Shown: piece after piece, positions 34,301-43,558 of the stretch
How the letters are laid out: each line of letters begins with the position of its first letter
Numbering within the stretch: the stretch's first letter is position 1
Assembly (NCBI GenBank): GCA_050701815.1
Contig: JBOGDL010000443.1
Span: 1 to 43,558 of the forward strand
Direction: 5' to 3'
Origin: Micromonosporaceae bacterium
Lineage (GTDB): Bacteria > Actinomycetota > Actinomycetes > Mycobacteriales > Micromonosporaceae
Length of the DNA: 43,558 bases
Notes under the pieces: model-generated
What the model saw: only the letters and a program-made list of their open reading frames with translations
What the model was told of the DNA's origin: nothing
Database searches by the model: none
Position numbers and translations under genes: made by a program

Positions 34301-36485
34301 CGACGTCGCCAACGCGATCGCCGTTGACTACGGGTTCTGGCTGGGCGACGCGTTCGCCTCCGGAGGGTCGGTCGGGTACGACCACAAGAAGATGGGGATC
34401 ACCGCCCGCGGCGCCTGGGAGTCGGTGAAGCACCACTTCCGCGCGCTCGGGCTCGACACCCAGGCCGAGGACTTCACAGTGGTCGGCATCGGCGACATGT
34501 CAGGTGACGTGTTCGGCAACGGGGTGTTGCTGTCTGAGCACATTCGCCTGGTGGCCGGCTTCGACCACCGGCATGTCTTCATCGACCCCTCCCCGGACGC
34601 CGCGACCGGTTTCGCCGAGCGCAGACGGCTCTTCGACCTGCCCCGGTCCACGTGGGAGGACTACGACGAGTCCCTGATCAGCGCTGGCGGCGGGGTGTGG
34701 CCACGTAGCGCCAAGTCGATCCCGATCTCACCCCAGGCGCGTGAGGCGCTGGGGATCGACGACCCGGACGTCACCGAGTTGACGCCGCCCGAGGTGATCA
34801 AGGCGATCCTGCGGGCGCCGGTCGACCTGCTGTGGAACGGCGGCATCGGCACGTACGTCAAGGCGACCGTGGAAACCCACGCGGCGGTGGGCGACAAGAC
34901 CAACGACCAGGTGCGGGTGGACGGTCGCGAACTGCGGTGCAGGGTCGTGGGGGAGGGCGGCAACCTGGGGCTCACCCAGCTGGGCCGGATCGAGTACGCG
35001 TTGCACGGCGGCTCCGACGCCGGAGGGCGGATCAACACCGACTTCATCGACAACTCGGCCGGTGTGGACTGCTCAGACCACGAAGTCAACATCAAGATCC
35101 TGCTGAATCGGGCGATCACGGCGGGCCGGCTGCAGGAGGCTGAGCGGGCGGACCTGCTCGCCGAGATGACCGACGAGGTCGCCTCGTTGGTGCTGGCGCA
35201 CAACTACGACCAGGCGACCGCGCTGGGCAACGCCAGGCAACAGGCCGGGCAGTTGCTGCCGGTGCACCGCCGGCTGATCGCGGACCTGGAGCGCAATGGC
35301 CGCTTGGACCGCGACCTGGAGGGTCTCCCGGACGAGGAGGAGCTGGACACGCGGGCAGCTGCCGGGACCGGGTTGACCACTCCTGAGTTCGCGGTGCTGT
35401 TGTCGTACGTCAAACTGGGCCTGGCCGAGGACGTCCTGGCCTCTGAGTTGCCGGATGAGGAGTGGACGCGACCGCTGCTGGTGAACTACTTCCCCACCCC
35501 GCTGCGGGAACGGTTCAGCGACCTCACCAGCGAGCACCCGCTGCGCCGGGAGATCGTCACCACCCGGCTGACCAACGAGGTGGTCAACCGTGGTGGCACC
35601 ACCTTCGTCTACCGGGTCGCCGAGGAGACCGGCGCCAGCTACGCGGACATTCTCCGGGCGTACGTGGTGGTGCGCGAGGTGTTCGGCCTGCGGCGCATCT
35701 GGAGCGCGGCAGAGGCGCTGGACAACCAGATCACCGCGACGGCGCAGACCCGGGTCTTCCTCGCCAGCCGCCGGCTGCTGGACCGCGCCGTGCGCTGGCT
35801 GGTGCAGAACCGCACCCCGGTCGACGTCGAGGCGGAGATCAGTCGATTCGAGCCGGGCGTCAGCGAGTTGCTGCCGCGGGTGGGCGACCTGTTCCGTGGC
35901 ACCGAGCAGGAGTCGCTGCGCGCCGAGGTGGCCAAGCTGATCGACCAGGGGGTCCCGGAAGACCTGGCTGACTGGGCGATCCGGCTGATCTACGGCTTCG
36001 GCCTGCTGGACGTGGTCGAGACCTCGCACGCGTTGGGAATGGACCCCAACGAGGTCGCTGAGGTCTACTACGCGCTCTCGGAGCGGTTCGGCATCGACGC
36101 CCTGCTGGACCGGGTCTCGGCGCTGTCGCGGGAGGACCGGTGGCAGACGCTGGCCCGGATGGCGCTGCGTTACGACCTGTACGCCGCGCTGGCCGCGCTC
36201 ACCGCCGAGGTTCTCACCGGGGGCGACGGGTCTTATGGCGGCGATCAGGCCGGCCGATCTGACGGCGCCTCCGCGGAAGACGGCGATGCGGCGCCAGCGG
36301 ATGCTTCGGCTGACGCGGCGGCGTCCGCTGACGCCCGTATCGACGCGTGGGAGCAGGCGAACTCGTCCAACATCGCGCGGGCACGTAACGCGATCGGGGA
36401 GTTCGGGGAGTCCCAGGCGGACCTGGCCGCGCTGTCGGTGGTGCTGCGTCAGATCCGAACCCTGGTCCGGTCGTCCCGGTTGTGA
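31308..36485 (+). CDS. gdh: Large (L180-class) NAD-specific glutamate dehydrogenase. The start is uncertain, with in-frame alternatives at 31332 and 31497.
   Basis: About 1,700 aa with the characteristic central catalytic block: [40 protein letters not shown]...[16 protein letters not shown]...[11 protein letters not shown]...[10 protein letters not shown]. Confidence 0.88.
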   Translation: [1725 protein letters not shown]

Positions 36486-36551
36486 CCGGGCGCCACCTGG
36501 TCAGGCCGGGTCGGGGCTGGGCTTGATGGGCCGCGTGGGCGGCGAGTTCGG

Positions 36552-38561
36552 TTAGGGCGTGTGGGGTCGCAGCCAGATCACGCTCAGCGGGGGCAGGTTG
36601 ACCAGCGCCGAGGCCGGCATGCCCTGATGCGGCTCGGCGTGCGCTTCCACGCCGCCCAGGTTGCCGAGCCCGGCGCCGCCGTACTCGATCGCGTCGGTGT
36701 TGAGCACCTCAACCCACCGCCCGGGGTGGGGCAGGTCGACCGGGTGCTGCGACCATTCGACGCCGGAGAAGTTGGCCAGGCACGCCAACGGCCGGCCGTC
36801 CACGGCAGGGGCCGGCCGGTCGCTGCCGGAGGCGGCTGGCTGGTCGTGGCTGGCCGGTGTCGCGGCGGGATGGCGTAGGAACGTGACGACGTTGTGCGCG
36901 GCGTCGTCCGGGTCGATCCAGCTGAACCCGCCGGGCTGGGTGTCGGCCGACCACAGCGCGGCGGCGCCGCGGTAGATTCGATTCAGGTCTGCGACCAGCC
37001 GTCGCACCCCGGCGTGGCCCGGGTCGTCCAGCCAGGACCAGTCCAGCCCGTGTTCCTCGCTCCACTCCGAGGCCTGGGCGAACTCGCAGCCCGAGAACAG
37101 CAGCTGCTTGCCGGGATGCGCCCACATGTACGCCAGCAGCGCGCGCAGGTTCGCCAGCTTCTGCCGCTCGTCCCCGGGCATCTTGGCGTACAGCGAGCCC
37201 TTGCCGTGCACCACCTCGTCGTGGCTGATCGGGAGCATGAAGTTCTCGCTCCAGGCGTACGTGAGACCGAAGCTCAACTGGTGGTGGTGGTGGGCCCGGT
37301 AGATCGGATCCTTGGAGAAGTAGCCGAGCGTGTCGTGCATCCAGCCCATGTTCCATTTGAATCCGAACCCGAGCCCGCCGGCGTCGACGGGGCGGGTCAC
37401 CCCGGGCCACGCGGTGGACTCCTCCGCGATCATCATCACTCCGGGGTGCTCCCGGTACGCGGCCGCGTTCACCTCCTGTAGCAGCGACACCGCCTCCAGG
37501 TGCTCGCGTCCGCCGTGGACGTTCGGCGTCCATTGCCCCGGCCCCCGGGAGTAGTCGAGGTAGAGCATCGAGGCCACCGCGTCCACCCGCAGCCCGTCGA
37601 TGTGGAACTCCTCCAGCCAGTAGAGCGCGTTCGCGACCAGGAAGTTGCGCACCTGGGGACGGCCGTAGTCGAACACGTACGTGCCCCAGTCGGGTTGCTC
37701 GCCGCGGCGCGGATCCGGGTGCTCGTACAGCGGGGCGCCGTCGAAGCGGGCCAGCGCCCACTCGTCGCGGGGGAAGTGTGCGGGCACCCAGTCCAGGATC
37801 ACCCCGATCCCGGCTTGGTGCAGCTGGTCCACCAGGTGCCGGAAGTCGTCCGGGCTGCCGTGCCGGGCGGTCGGCGCGAAGTACGAGGTCCCCTGGTACC
37901 CCCACGACCCCCCGTACGGGTGTTCGGCCACCGGCAGCAGCTCCACGTGGGTGAAGCCCAGCTCGGCAACGTACTCGACCAGTTCGTCGGCGAGTTGCCG
38001 GTACGACAGCCCAGGGCGCCAGGAGCCGAGATGCAGCTCGTAGATCGACACCGGACGCTCGTGCCACGGGGTCGCCTGCCGCGCCCGCATCCACTCGGCG
38101 TCGCCCCAGGTGTGCTCGGACCGGTAGATCACAGACGCGTTCTTCGGCGGCGCCTCGGCGGCGAAGGCGTACGGGTCGGCCTTGTCCCCAAAGCCGCCGT
38201 CGATGCCGTGGATCCGGTACTTGTAACGGTCACCTGGCTTCGCCTCGGGGATGTGGGCCTCCCAGATGCCACCGCCGACCGGGCGCATCGGGGCGCCGTC
38301 GTACGGCCCCCAGCCGGCGAAGTCGCCGATCACCCGGACTTCTCGGGCATTGGGCGCCCAGACCGTGAACCGGACCCCGGACGCCGGGCCGGCGGTCGCG
38401 GCGTCGCTGGTGGGTGCGGCGTCGCTGGTGGGTGCGGCGTCGGGCGGCAGCGGGTGCGCGCCCAGCACCGTCCACGGCCGCTCATGGCGACCTTCGGCGA
38501 TCAGGCGCAGATCCAGCTCGCCGTACGGCTGCTGTCGGGGGTCGGGCACGGTCCTCGGCAC
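36552..38561 (-). CDS. glgB: 1,4-alpha-glucan branching enzyme, short form without the extreme N-terminal domain
   Basis: [24 protein letters not shown]...[18 protein letters not shown]...[26 protein letters not shown]...DWVPAHFP...[20 protein letters not shown]...[12 protein letters not shown]...[11 protein letters not shown]. The start is GTG at 38561 with AGGAG upstream. Confidence 0.9.
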   Translation of the reverse strand: MPRTVPDPRQQPYGELDLRLIAEGRHERPWTVLGAHPLPPDAAPTSDAAPTSDAATAGPASGVRFTVWAPNAREVRVIGDFAGWGPYDGAPMRPVGGGIWEAHIPEAKPGDRYKYRIHGIDGGFGDKADPYAFAAEAPPKNASVIYRSEHTWGDAEWMRARQATPWHERPVSIYELHLGSWRPGLSYRQLADELVEYVAELGFTHVELLPVAEHPYGGSWGYQGTSYFAPTARHGSPDDFRHLVDQLHQAGIGVILDWVPAHFPRDEWALARFDGAPLYEHPDPRRGEQPDWGTYVFDYGRPQVRNFLVANALYWLEEFHIDGLRVDAVASMLYLDYSRGPGQWTPNVHGGREHLEAVSLLQEVNAAAYREHPGVMMIAEESTAWPGVTRPVDAGGLGFGFKWNMGWMHDTLGYFSKDPIYRAHHHHQLSFGLTYAWSENFMLPISHDEVVHGKGSLYAKMPGDERQKLANLRALLAYMWAHPGKQLLFSGCEFAQASEWSEEHGLDWSWLDDPGHAGVRRLVADLNRIYRGAAALWSADTQPGGFSWIDPDDAAHNVVTFLRHPAATPASHDQPAASGSDRPAPAVDGRPLACLANFSGVEWSQHPVDLPHPGRWVEVLNTDAIEYGGAGLGNLGGVEAHAEPHQGMPASALVNLPPLSVIWLRPHTP
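38401..38442. repeat. 18-bp tandem repeat, about 2.3 copies, inside glgB (encodes [15 protein letters not shown])
   Basis: gcgtcgctggtgggtgcg x2 followed by gcgtcg, read directly. Confidence 0.95.
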
Positions 38562-38611
38562 TGCGGCTCCTGTCCCATCAGTCCTGGCTCAACAGCAGCT
38601 CAGCCGTTGAG

Positions 38612-40111
38612 TCACGGTGTGGCGTGTCGCGCCACCAGCGCGCTGATCGAATGCAGCGGCACCGGCAGCCACTGGGGTCGGTTGCGCGCCTCGTACACGG
38701 TCTCGTAGACGGCCTTGTCCAGCTCGTACGCGCGCAGGATCACCAGCTGGTCGTTCGGGTGGGCGCCGGCGCCCTCGGCGTACCCGTCGCAGAAGGCGCC
38801 CCGGTTGCGTTCCGTCCACTCCTGGGTGCGGCGCCGCAGCTGGGCGTCGCGATCGTCGTGGCCGGGCTCGATCGCGTTGCCCGCCAGATCCACGAGCGGG
38901 TCGCGTTCCTCAGCGAGCAGCAGTTGCGCCGCCGCGTACTCGAAAGATCGAAGCATCCCGGCTACGTCCCGCAGCGGCGAGTCCAGGCGGGTCCGCTCCG
39001 GCAGCGGTGTGGCCGGCTCCCCTTCGAAGTCGATCAGCAGCCACCGCGTCGGGGTGCGAAGCACCTGACCCAAATGCAGGTCACCGTGGATGCGTTGGAT
39101 CGGGACCGGCGTGCTCACCTCGGCCAGCGCCGCGTACGCGCTGGTCAAGAACTCCTGGTACGTCTCCAGCTCCGGCACCACCCGGATCGCCGCGGCGGCC
39201 CGGGCCGTCATCCGGTCGGCCAGCGTGGCCAGGCCCTCAGCGTCCAGGACGGCCACCCCGAGCGTCCGCGCCAGGTCAGCGTGCACCGCCGCCACCGCCT
39301 CGCCCAACCGGTGCGCCTCAGCCCCGAAATCAGCACCCACCTCATCGGGATGCAGGTCGCCGTCGGCGAGCAGGTCCCGCACGCTGGCCAGCGCCATCGA
39401 CCAGCCGTCGGCGGAGTTCTCCACGTACTCGCTGAGCATTCCGTAGCTCGTCACCTGTCCATCCAGTTCCCCCTCGATCCCACCCAGCAGGCGGGCCACG
39501 TGCTCGTTTCCGGCGCGCCCGAGCACGCGGTTGATTTCCAGGTCGGGGTTCGTCCCGGGTGTCACCCGCCGGAACACCTTCAAGATCGCCGCGTCGTCGT
39601 AGACCACGCTGGTGTTGCTCTGCTCCGACTCGACCACCCGGCTGGGCAGCGGGCCGTCGGGCGAGCTAGGCGTCGTCGCGCCCGGCTCGGGAACGAACAC
39701 CACCTGATGCTGGCCGGCGGTGGCTGCCGCCTTCATCAGCCGCATCAGCTGGTCAACCGCGGTCTCGTCCCACAGGCCGTCGTAGCAGATCCAGCCGTCG
39801 GGCAGGTCGGTGATCCGGACGTGCTCCAGTTTCACTGACAGCTGCCGGGTGAAGCCGATGAACACCTGGTACGTGTCCGGCGCGCCCTCATCGGCGTACC
39901 AGACCCGCAGCACCGCGTGCACCAGGTCGACGCCCGCCGGCGCGGGAATCGGGGTCTGCTGCAACATCGACACCACCGAGATCTGGCGGTGTTTCGCGGC
40001 GAACCAGCGTTGCTCCGGCAGCCACTCGGCCAGCGCGTCAGTCAACTGCGGTGTAAGCGCGTCCAACCAGTCCGGCAGGCGCGCCGGTGAGCCACGTGCG
40101 GGATCTGTCAC
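38612..40111 (-). CDS. pep2: Maltokinase (Pep2/Mak)
   Basis: [10 protein letters not shown]..., [18 protein letters not shown]...[19 protein letters not shown]...LIDFEGEP and [14 protein letters not shown]. The GTG at 40111 overlaps the treS stop (GTGA). The track ORF to 41038 is a read-through extension inside treS. Confidence 0.85.
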   Translation of the reverse strand: MTDPARGSPARLPDWLDALTPQLTDALAEWLPEQRWFAAKHRQISVVSMLQQTPIPAPAGVDLVHAVLRVWYADEGAPDTYQVFIGFTRQLSVKLEHVRITDLPDGWICYDGLWDETAVDQLMRLMKAAATAGQHQVVFVPEPGATTPSSPDGPLPSRVVESEQSNTSVVYDDAAILKVFRRVTPGTNPDLEINRVLGRAGNEHVARLLGGIEGELDGQVTSYGMLSEYVENSADGWSMALASVRDLLADGDLHPDEVGADFGAEAHRLGEAVAAVHADLARTLGVAVLDAEGLATLADRMTARAAAAIRVVPELETYQEFLTSAYAALAEVSTPVPIQRIHGDLHLGQVLRTPTRWLLIDFEGEPATPLPERTRLDSPLRDVAGMLRSFEYAAAQLLLAEERDPLVDLAGNAIEPGHDDRDAQLRRRTQEWTERNRGAFCDGYAEGAGAHPNDQLVILRAYELDKAVYETVYEARNRPQWLPVPLHSISALVARHATP

Positions 40112-42015
40112 GTCGCCAGCTCCTCTCGCGGGGTGAGTTGAAACCAGTAGAAGGCGTGGCCGGGCAGCGTCAGCAGGTACGGCAACTCGCCAATCGCCGG
40201 GAACGGCGCCCGCCCCGTCAGCTCCACCGGCACGTAGCCCTCCCATTGCCGCAAGCTCAACTCGATCGGCTGCGGGAATCGGGAGAGGTTGTTGACACAG
40301 AGCACGATGTCCGGGGCGTGCCCGGCGCCCCGCCCCGGATCGGGCTCCGAGCCGGGGTGTTCGCGCACGTGGGGGCCGGGGTGTTCGCGCACGTACGAGA
40401 GCACCGTCGGGTTGGAGCCGCCGAGGTCGTGAAACTCGCCCACCGCGAACGCCGGGTGCCGCTTGCGCACCTCGATCAGCCGGCGGGTCCAGTGCAGGAA
40501 CGATGTGGAGCTGTCCCGGTTCACCTCCACATTGACCGCCTGATAGCCGTAGATCGGGTCCATGATGGTCGGCAGGTAGAGCCGCCCCGGAGTGGCGCTG
40601 GAGAATCCGGCGTTGCGGTCCGGGGTCCACTGCATCGGGGTGCGCACCGAGTCCCGGTCGCCCAGCCAGATGTTGTCGCCCATCCCGATCTCGTCGCCGT
40701 AGTAGAGCACCGGTGACCCGGGCAGCGACAGCAGCAGCGCCGTGAACAGCTCCAGCTGGTCCCGATCGTTGTCCAGCAGCGGCGCCAGCCGGCGCCGGAT
40801 CCCGATGTTGGCCCGCATCCTGGGATCTGTCGCGTACTCGGTGTACATGTAGTCGCGCTCTTCGTCGGTGACCATCTCCAGAGTCAGCTCGTCGTGGTTG
40901 CGCAGGAAGATCCCCCATTGGCAGTGCTCGGGGATCGTCGGCGTCTGGGCCAGGATCTCCGACACCGGGAACCGGGACTGCCGGCGCACCGCCATGAAGA
41001 TCCGTGGCATCAGCGGGAAGTGAAAGGCCATGTGGCATTCGTCGCCGCCGGTGTCAGCGTCGCCGAAGTACTGCACCACGTCGGTCGGCCACTGGTTCGC
41101 CTCGGCCAGCAGCACCCGGCCCGGGAACTGGTCGTCGACCACCTTGCGCACCTGCCTCAGGAAGGAGTGCGTCTCGGGGAGGTTCTCGCAGTTGGTGGCG
41201 TCCCGCTCGTACAGGTACGGCACCGCGTCCAGCCGGAACCCGTCGATTCCCAGGTCCAGCCAGAACCGCAGCACGTTCAGCATCTCGTCCCGGACCCGCG
41301 GGTTGTCGTAGTTCAGGTCCGGCTGGTGCGAGAAGAAGCGGTGCCAGTAGAACTGTTGCCGCACCGGGTCGAAGGTCCAGTTGGACTCCTCGGTGTCGAC
41401 GAAGATGACCCGCGCGTCGGGGTAGCGGCTGTCGGTGTCCTGCCACACGTAGTAGTCGCCGTACTCGCCGTCCGGGTCACGGCGGGACTCGGCGAACCAC
41501 GGGTGCTGATCCGAGGTGTGGTTCATCACCAGGTCGGTGATCACCCGGATGCCGCGCTGGTGCGCCTCGTCCAGCAGCAGCACGAAGTCTTCGATCGTTC
41601 CGTAGTCCGGCAGCAGCTTGTAGAAGTCGCGGATGTCGTACCCGCCGTCGCGCAGCGGCGAGTCGTAGAACGGCGGCAGCCACAGGCAGTCCACGCCCAG
41701 CCAAGCCAGGTAGTCCAGCTTCCCGGCCAGGCCTCGCAGGTCTCCGGTGCCGTTGGCGGTGGAGTCGTGAAAGGCGCGCACCAGCACCTCGTAGAAGACG
41801 GCCCGTTTGAACCAGTCCGGTTGCACCGGCAGCACCCGGGCAAGTCGGAAGTCGTCAGCCGTGGGGTGCAGCACGTGCCCGTCAGCGACCTGGCTGCCGC
41901 TGCTCCCGGGGTCGCCGCCACGGCTGGGTCCGGGGTCGCCGCCACGGCTGGCGACGTTGATCTGCGCTGACCCCCCGCCCGGAGGGTCAGGCGTGACGAT
42001 AGACCGTGAAGACAT
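40108..42015 (-). CDS. treS: Trehalose synthase / maltose alpha-D-glucosyltransferase
   Basis: [18 protein letters not shown]...[42 protein letters not shown]...[14 protein letters not shown]...[13 protein letters not shown]...[10 protein letters not shown]. Confidence 0.92.
   Translation of the reverse strand: MSSRSIVTPDPPGGGSAQINVASRGGDPGPSRGGDPGSSGSQVADGHVLHPTADDFRLARVLPVQPDWFKRAVFYEVLVRAFHDSTANGTGDLRGLAGKLDYLAWLGVDCLWLPPFYDSPLRDGGYDIRDFYKLLPDYGTIEDFVLLLDEAHQRGIRVITDLVMNHTSDQHPWFAESRRDPDGEYGDYYVWQDTDSRYPDARVIFVDTEESNWTFDPVRQQFYWHRFFSHQPDLNYDNPRVRDEMLNVLRFWLDLGIDGFRLDAVPYLYERDATNCENLPETHSFLRQVRKVVDDQFPGRVLLAEANQWPTDVVQYFGDADTGGDECHMAFHFPLMPRIFMAVRRQSRFPVSEILAQTPTIPEHCQWGIFLRNHDELTLEMVTDEERDYMYTEYATDPRMRANIGIRRRLAPLLDNDRDQLELFTALLLSLPGSPVLYYGDEIGMGDNIWLGDRDSVRTPMQWTPDRNAGFSSATPGRLYLPTIMDPIYGYQAVNVEVNRDSSTSFLHWTRRLIEVRKRHPAFAVGEFHDLGGSNPTVLSYVREHPGPHVREHPGSEPDPGRGAGHAPDIVLCVNNLSRFPQPIELSLRQWEGYVPVELTGRAPFPAIGELPYLLTLPGHAFYWFQLTPREELAT
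40351..40398. repeat. 24-bp tandem duplication in treS (encodes HVREHPGP/YVREHPGS)
   Basis: gccggggtgttcgcgcacgtgggg / gccggggtgttcgcgcacgtacga. Confidence 0.95.
41906..41953. repeat. 24-bp tandem duplication in the treS N-terminus (encodes [16 protein letters not shown])
   Basis: ccggggtcgccgccacggctgggt / ccggggtcgccgccacggctggcg. Confidence 0.95.
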
Positions 42016-43558
42016 GCGCTGGCTCCTGATGGGGATCCAGTCGTACGGTGTTGTGCTCGCCCCAGTCGTGACTGGCCCCGGTGATCTCGTCCCGGACGGC
42101 GAACCGCTCGTGCCAATCGAAACCGATGGCTGGCATGTTCAACGAGGTGTTGCCCCATTGGACGTTGCGCGGATCCAGCGTGCAGACCACGAGCACCGTG
42201 TTGTCCTCGCCGCCGGCCGCCTCGCCAGGGGAGCGCTTGGACCAGCACAGCAGGGCGTCGTTGTCGATCTCGTGAAATCGCAGGTTCCGCATCCAGGCCA
42301 ACGCCGGGTTGCGGCGCCGGATCTGGTTCAGCCGGGTCAGGTACGGCGCCAGCGAGCGACCTTGACGCGACGCCGCGTCCCAGTCGCGGGGCCGCAGCTG
42401 GTACTTCTCGTTGTCCAGGTACTCCTCGGCGCCGGGCCGAGCCTGGTGCTCGTACAGCTCGTAACCCGAGTACACGCCCCAGCTCGGCGCGAGCAGGCTG
42501 GCCAGCACCGCCCGGATCTTGAACATCGCGGGCTCGCCCCGCTGCAGCTCACGGTGCAGGATGTCCGGGGTGTTCACCCAGAAATTCGGCCTCATGTAAT
42601 CCAGCGCGTCCACCAGCTCCAGGCAGTAGTCGATCAGCTCCTGCTTGCCGTTGCGCCAGGTGAAGTAGGTGTACGACTGCGAGAAGCCGATCTTGGCGAG
42701 GCCGTGCATCAGCGCCGGCCGGGTGAACGCCTCCGCCAGTAAGATCACGTCCGGGTGCTCGTGTCGCAGCTCGTCGATCAGTTTGCGCCAGAAGGTCAGC
42801 GGCTTGGTGTGAGGGTTGTCGACCCGGAAGATCTTGACCCCGTGGTCAATCCAGTGCCGCACCACCCGCAGCACCTCGGCGTAGATGCCTTCGGGGTCGT
42901 TGTCGAAGTTGATCGGGTAGATGTCCTGGTACTTCTTGGGAGGATTTTCCGCGTACGCGATGGATCCGTCCGGCTGGGTGGTGAACCATTCCGGGTGCTC
43001 AGCCACCCACGGGTGGTCGGGGGCGGCTTGCAGCGCCAGGTCCAGCGCCACCTCCATGCCCAACTGCTCGGCGTGCGTGACGAACGCCTTGAAGTCCGCG
43101 GAGTCGCCCAGTTGGGGGTGGATCGCGTCGTGCCCACCCTCGGCTGAGCCGATCGCCCACGGCGAGCCGACATCGTCTGGTCCGGCGACCAGCGCGTTGT
43201 CCCTGCCCTTCCGGTTGACCTTTCCGATGGGGTGGATCGGGGGCAGGTACACGATGTCGAAGCCCATCTCGGCGATCGCGTCCAGCCGCTTGGCGGCGCT
43301 GCGGAACGTGCCATGAACCGGCTGCCCGGCGCGGGATGAGGTAGCGGCCGTGTTTGGTGAGATTGCGGTGTTTGACGGGATTGCGGCCCCGCGCGCCACC
43401 TCGGCTTGTCGCATCGGGTCCGGCTCGGAGCGGGGGAAGAACTCGTACCAGGCGCCGAAGAGCGCCAACGGCCGGTCGACCCAGATCTGGCAGGGCGGGG
43501 AACGGCTTGGCAACCGGCGCACCGGATGCCGCCACATCAGGTCGCGGAGCCGCAGCGC
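41987..43558 (-). CDS. glgE: Alpha-1,4-glucan:maltose-1-phosphate maltosyltransferase GlgE. The 5' end lies beyond the window.
   Basis: [19 protein letters not shown]...[24 protein letters not shown]...GSPWAIGS...[14 protein letters not shown]...[10 protein letters not shown]...FWVNTPDIL. The frame is open to position 43558. Its stop lies 29 nt inside the treS start. Confidence 0.9.
   Translation of the reverse strand, partial: ALRLRDLMWRHPVRRLPSRSPPCQIWVDRPLALFGAWYEFFPRSEPDPMRQAEVARGAAIPSNTAISPNTAATSSRAGQPVHGTFRSAAKRLDAIAEMGFDIVYLPPIHPIGKVNRKGRDNALVAGPDDVGSPWAIGSAEGGHDAIHPQLGDSADFKAFVTHAEQLGMEVALDLALQAAPDHPWVAEHPEWFTTQPDGSIAYAENPPKKYQDIYPINFDNDPEGIYAEVLRVVRHWIDHGVKIFRVDNPHTKPLTFWRKLIDELRHEHPDVILLAEAFTRPALMHGLAKIGFSQSYTYFTWRNGKQELIDYCLELVDALDYMRPNFWVNTPDILHRELQRGEPAMFKIRAVLASLLAPSWGVYSGYELYEHQARPGAEEYLDNEKYQLRPRDWDAASRQGRSLAPYLTRLNQIRRRNPALAWMRNLRFHEIDNDALLCWSKRSPGEAAGGEDNTVLVVCTLDPRNVQWGNTSLNMPAIGFDWHERFAVRDEITGASHDWGEHNTVRLDPHQEPAHVFTVYRHA
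43350..43385. repeat. 18-bp imperfect tandem duplication in glgE (encodes [12 protein letters not shown])
   Basis: gtgtttggtgagattgcg / gtgtttgacgggattgcg (15 of 18 identical). Confidence 0.85.

Noticed and set aside
32433-34436. A 667-aa minus-strand ORF and a 522-aa alternate-frame ORF (32687-34255) inside the NAD-GDH gene
   Set aside because: They have typical high-GC antisense or off-frame composition (Arg/Pro/Gly/His/Val-rich, no motifs). The + frame carries the GDH catalytic motifs.
36709-39838. Off-frame and antisense ORFs in glgB and pep2 (36709-38094 minus, 37500-38708 plus, 38414-39838 plus)
   Set aside because: They show no motifs and are Arg/Pro/Gly-rich. They overlap confidently identified genes.
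40112-41038. The N-terminal 309 codons of track ORF 38612-41038, which would make an 808-aa maltokinase
   Set aside because: This part overlaps treS out of frame and has a nonsense-like composition. Maltokinase homology begins right after the GTG at 40111, which overlaps the treS stop codon.
1-43558. A search by eye for tRNA, rRNA, transposase or integrase genes, prophage genes and CRISPR arrays
   Set aside because: None was recognised. No cloverleaf-like segments, IS terminal inverted repeats or recombinase motifs were seen. A tRNAscan/Infernal/ISfinder run would be needed to be certain.

Overview
The window is high-GC actinomycete chromosomal DNA. I cannot assign a genus without a database search.

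Most of it is conserved core metabolism:
- **Acyl-CoA and coenzyme-B12 genes.** A PduO-type adenosyltransferase, ethylmalonyl-CoA mutase (meaA/ecm), a duplicated 3-hydroxyacyl-CoA dehydrogenase, crotonyl-CoA carboxylase/reductase (ccr), methylmalonyl/ethylmalonyl-CoA epimerase, a thiolase, the MeaB GTPase and isobutyryl-CoA mutase large subunit (icmA).
- **Housekeeping genes.** nucS, a thioredoxin/TPR protein, an arginase-family enzyme, the large NAD-glutamate dehydrogenase and two tandem DivIVA-domain coiled-coil proteins.
- **The GlgE alpha-glucan operon.** glgE-treS-pep2-glgB on the minus strand at the 3' end of the window.

The stand-out region is about 11.1-16.05 kb. It looks less GC-rich by eye and carries six paralogous small ORFs. 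Five are 77-89 aa and sit in a head-to-tail array. The sixth is a 191-aa variant.
- All six share an acidic N-terminal leader-like motif, (I/V)S(Y/F)xELDxVAGE(L/M)LPERAVMST.
- All six share a C-terminal two-Cys core, (V/F)A(Y/F)AC...GP(A/G)C(V/A)P(G/A).
- They are arranged around a divergently or convergently placed M50 (site-2-protease-like, HEFGH) polytopic membrane metalloprotease.
- Each peptide gene has its own Shine-Dalgarno sequence, and each is followed by a related GGGGAGG...CCTCCCC stem-loop.
- No canonical RiPP tailoring enzyme and no C39/ABC exporter is present in the window.

I regard this as a candidate uncharacterised precursor-peptide/protease system and cannot place it in a known class from memory.

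Other observations:
- A 22-bp tandem repeat (4.6 copies) in a divergent promoter region.
- Many 15-24 bp two-copy tandem duplications. They are in-frame when inside genes.
- Several operator-like palindromes and strong hairpins.

Everything here comes from reading the sequence and the ORF track by eye. No similarity search, GC calculation or RNA-folding calculation was run. Family assignments rest on remembered motifs and sequences.
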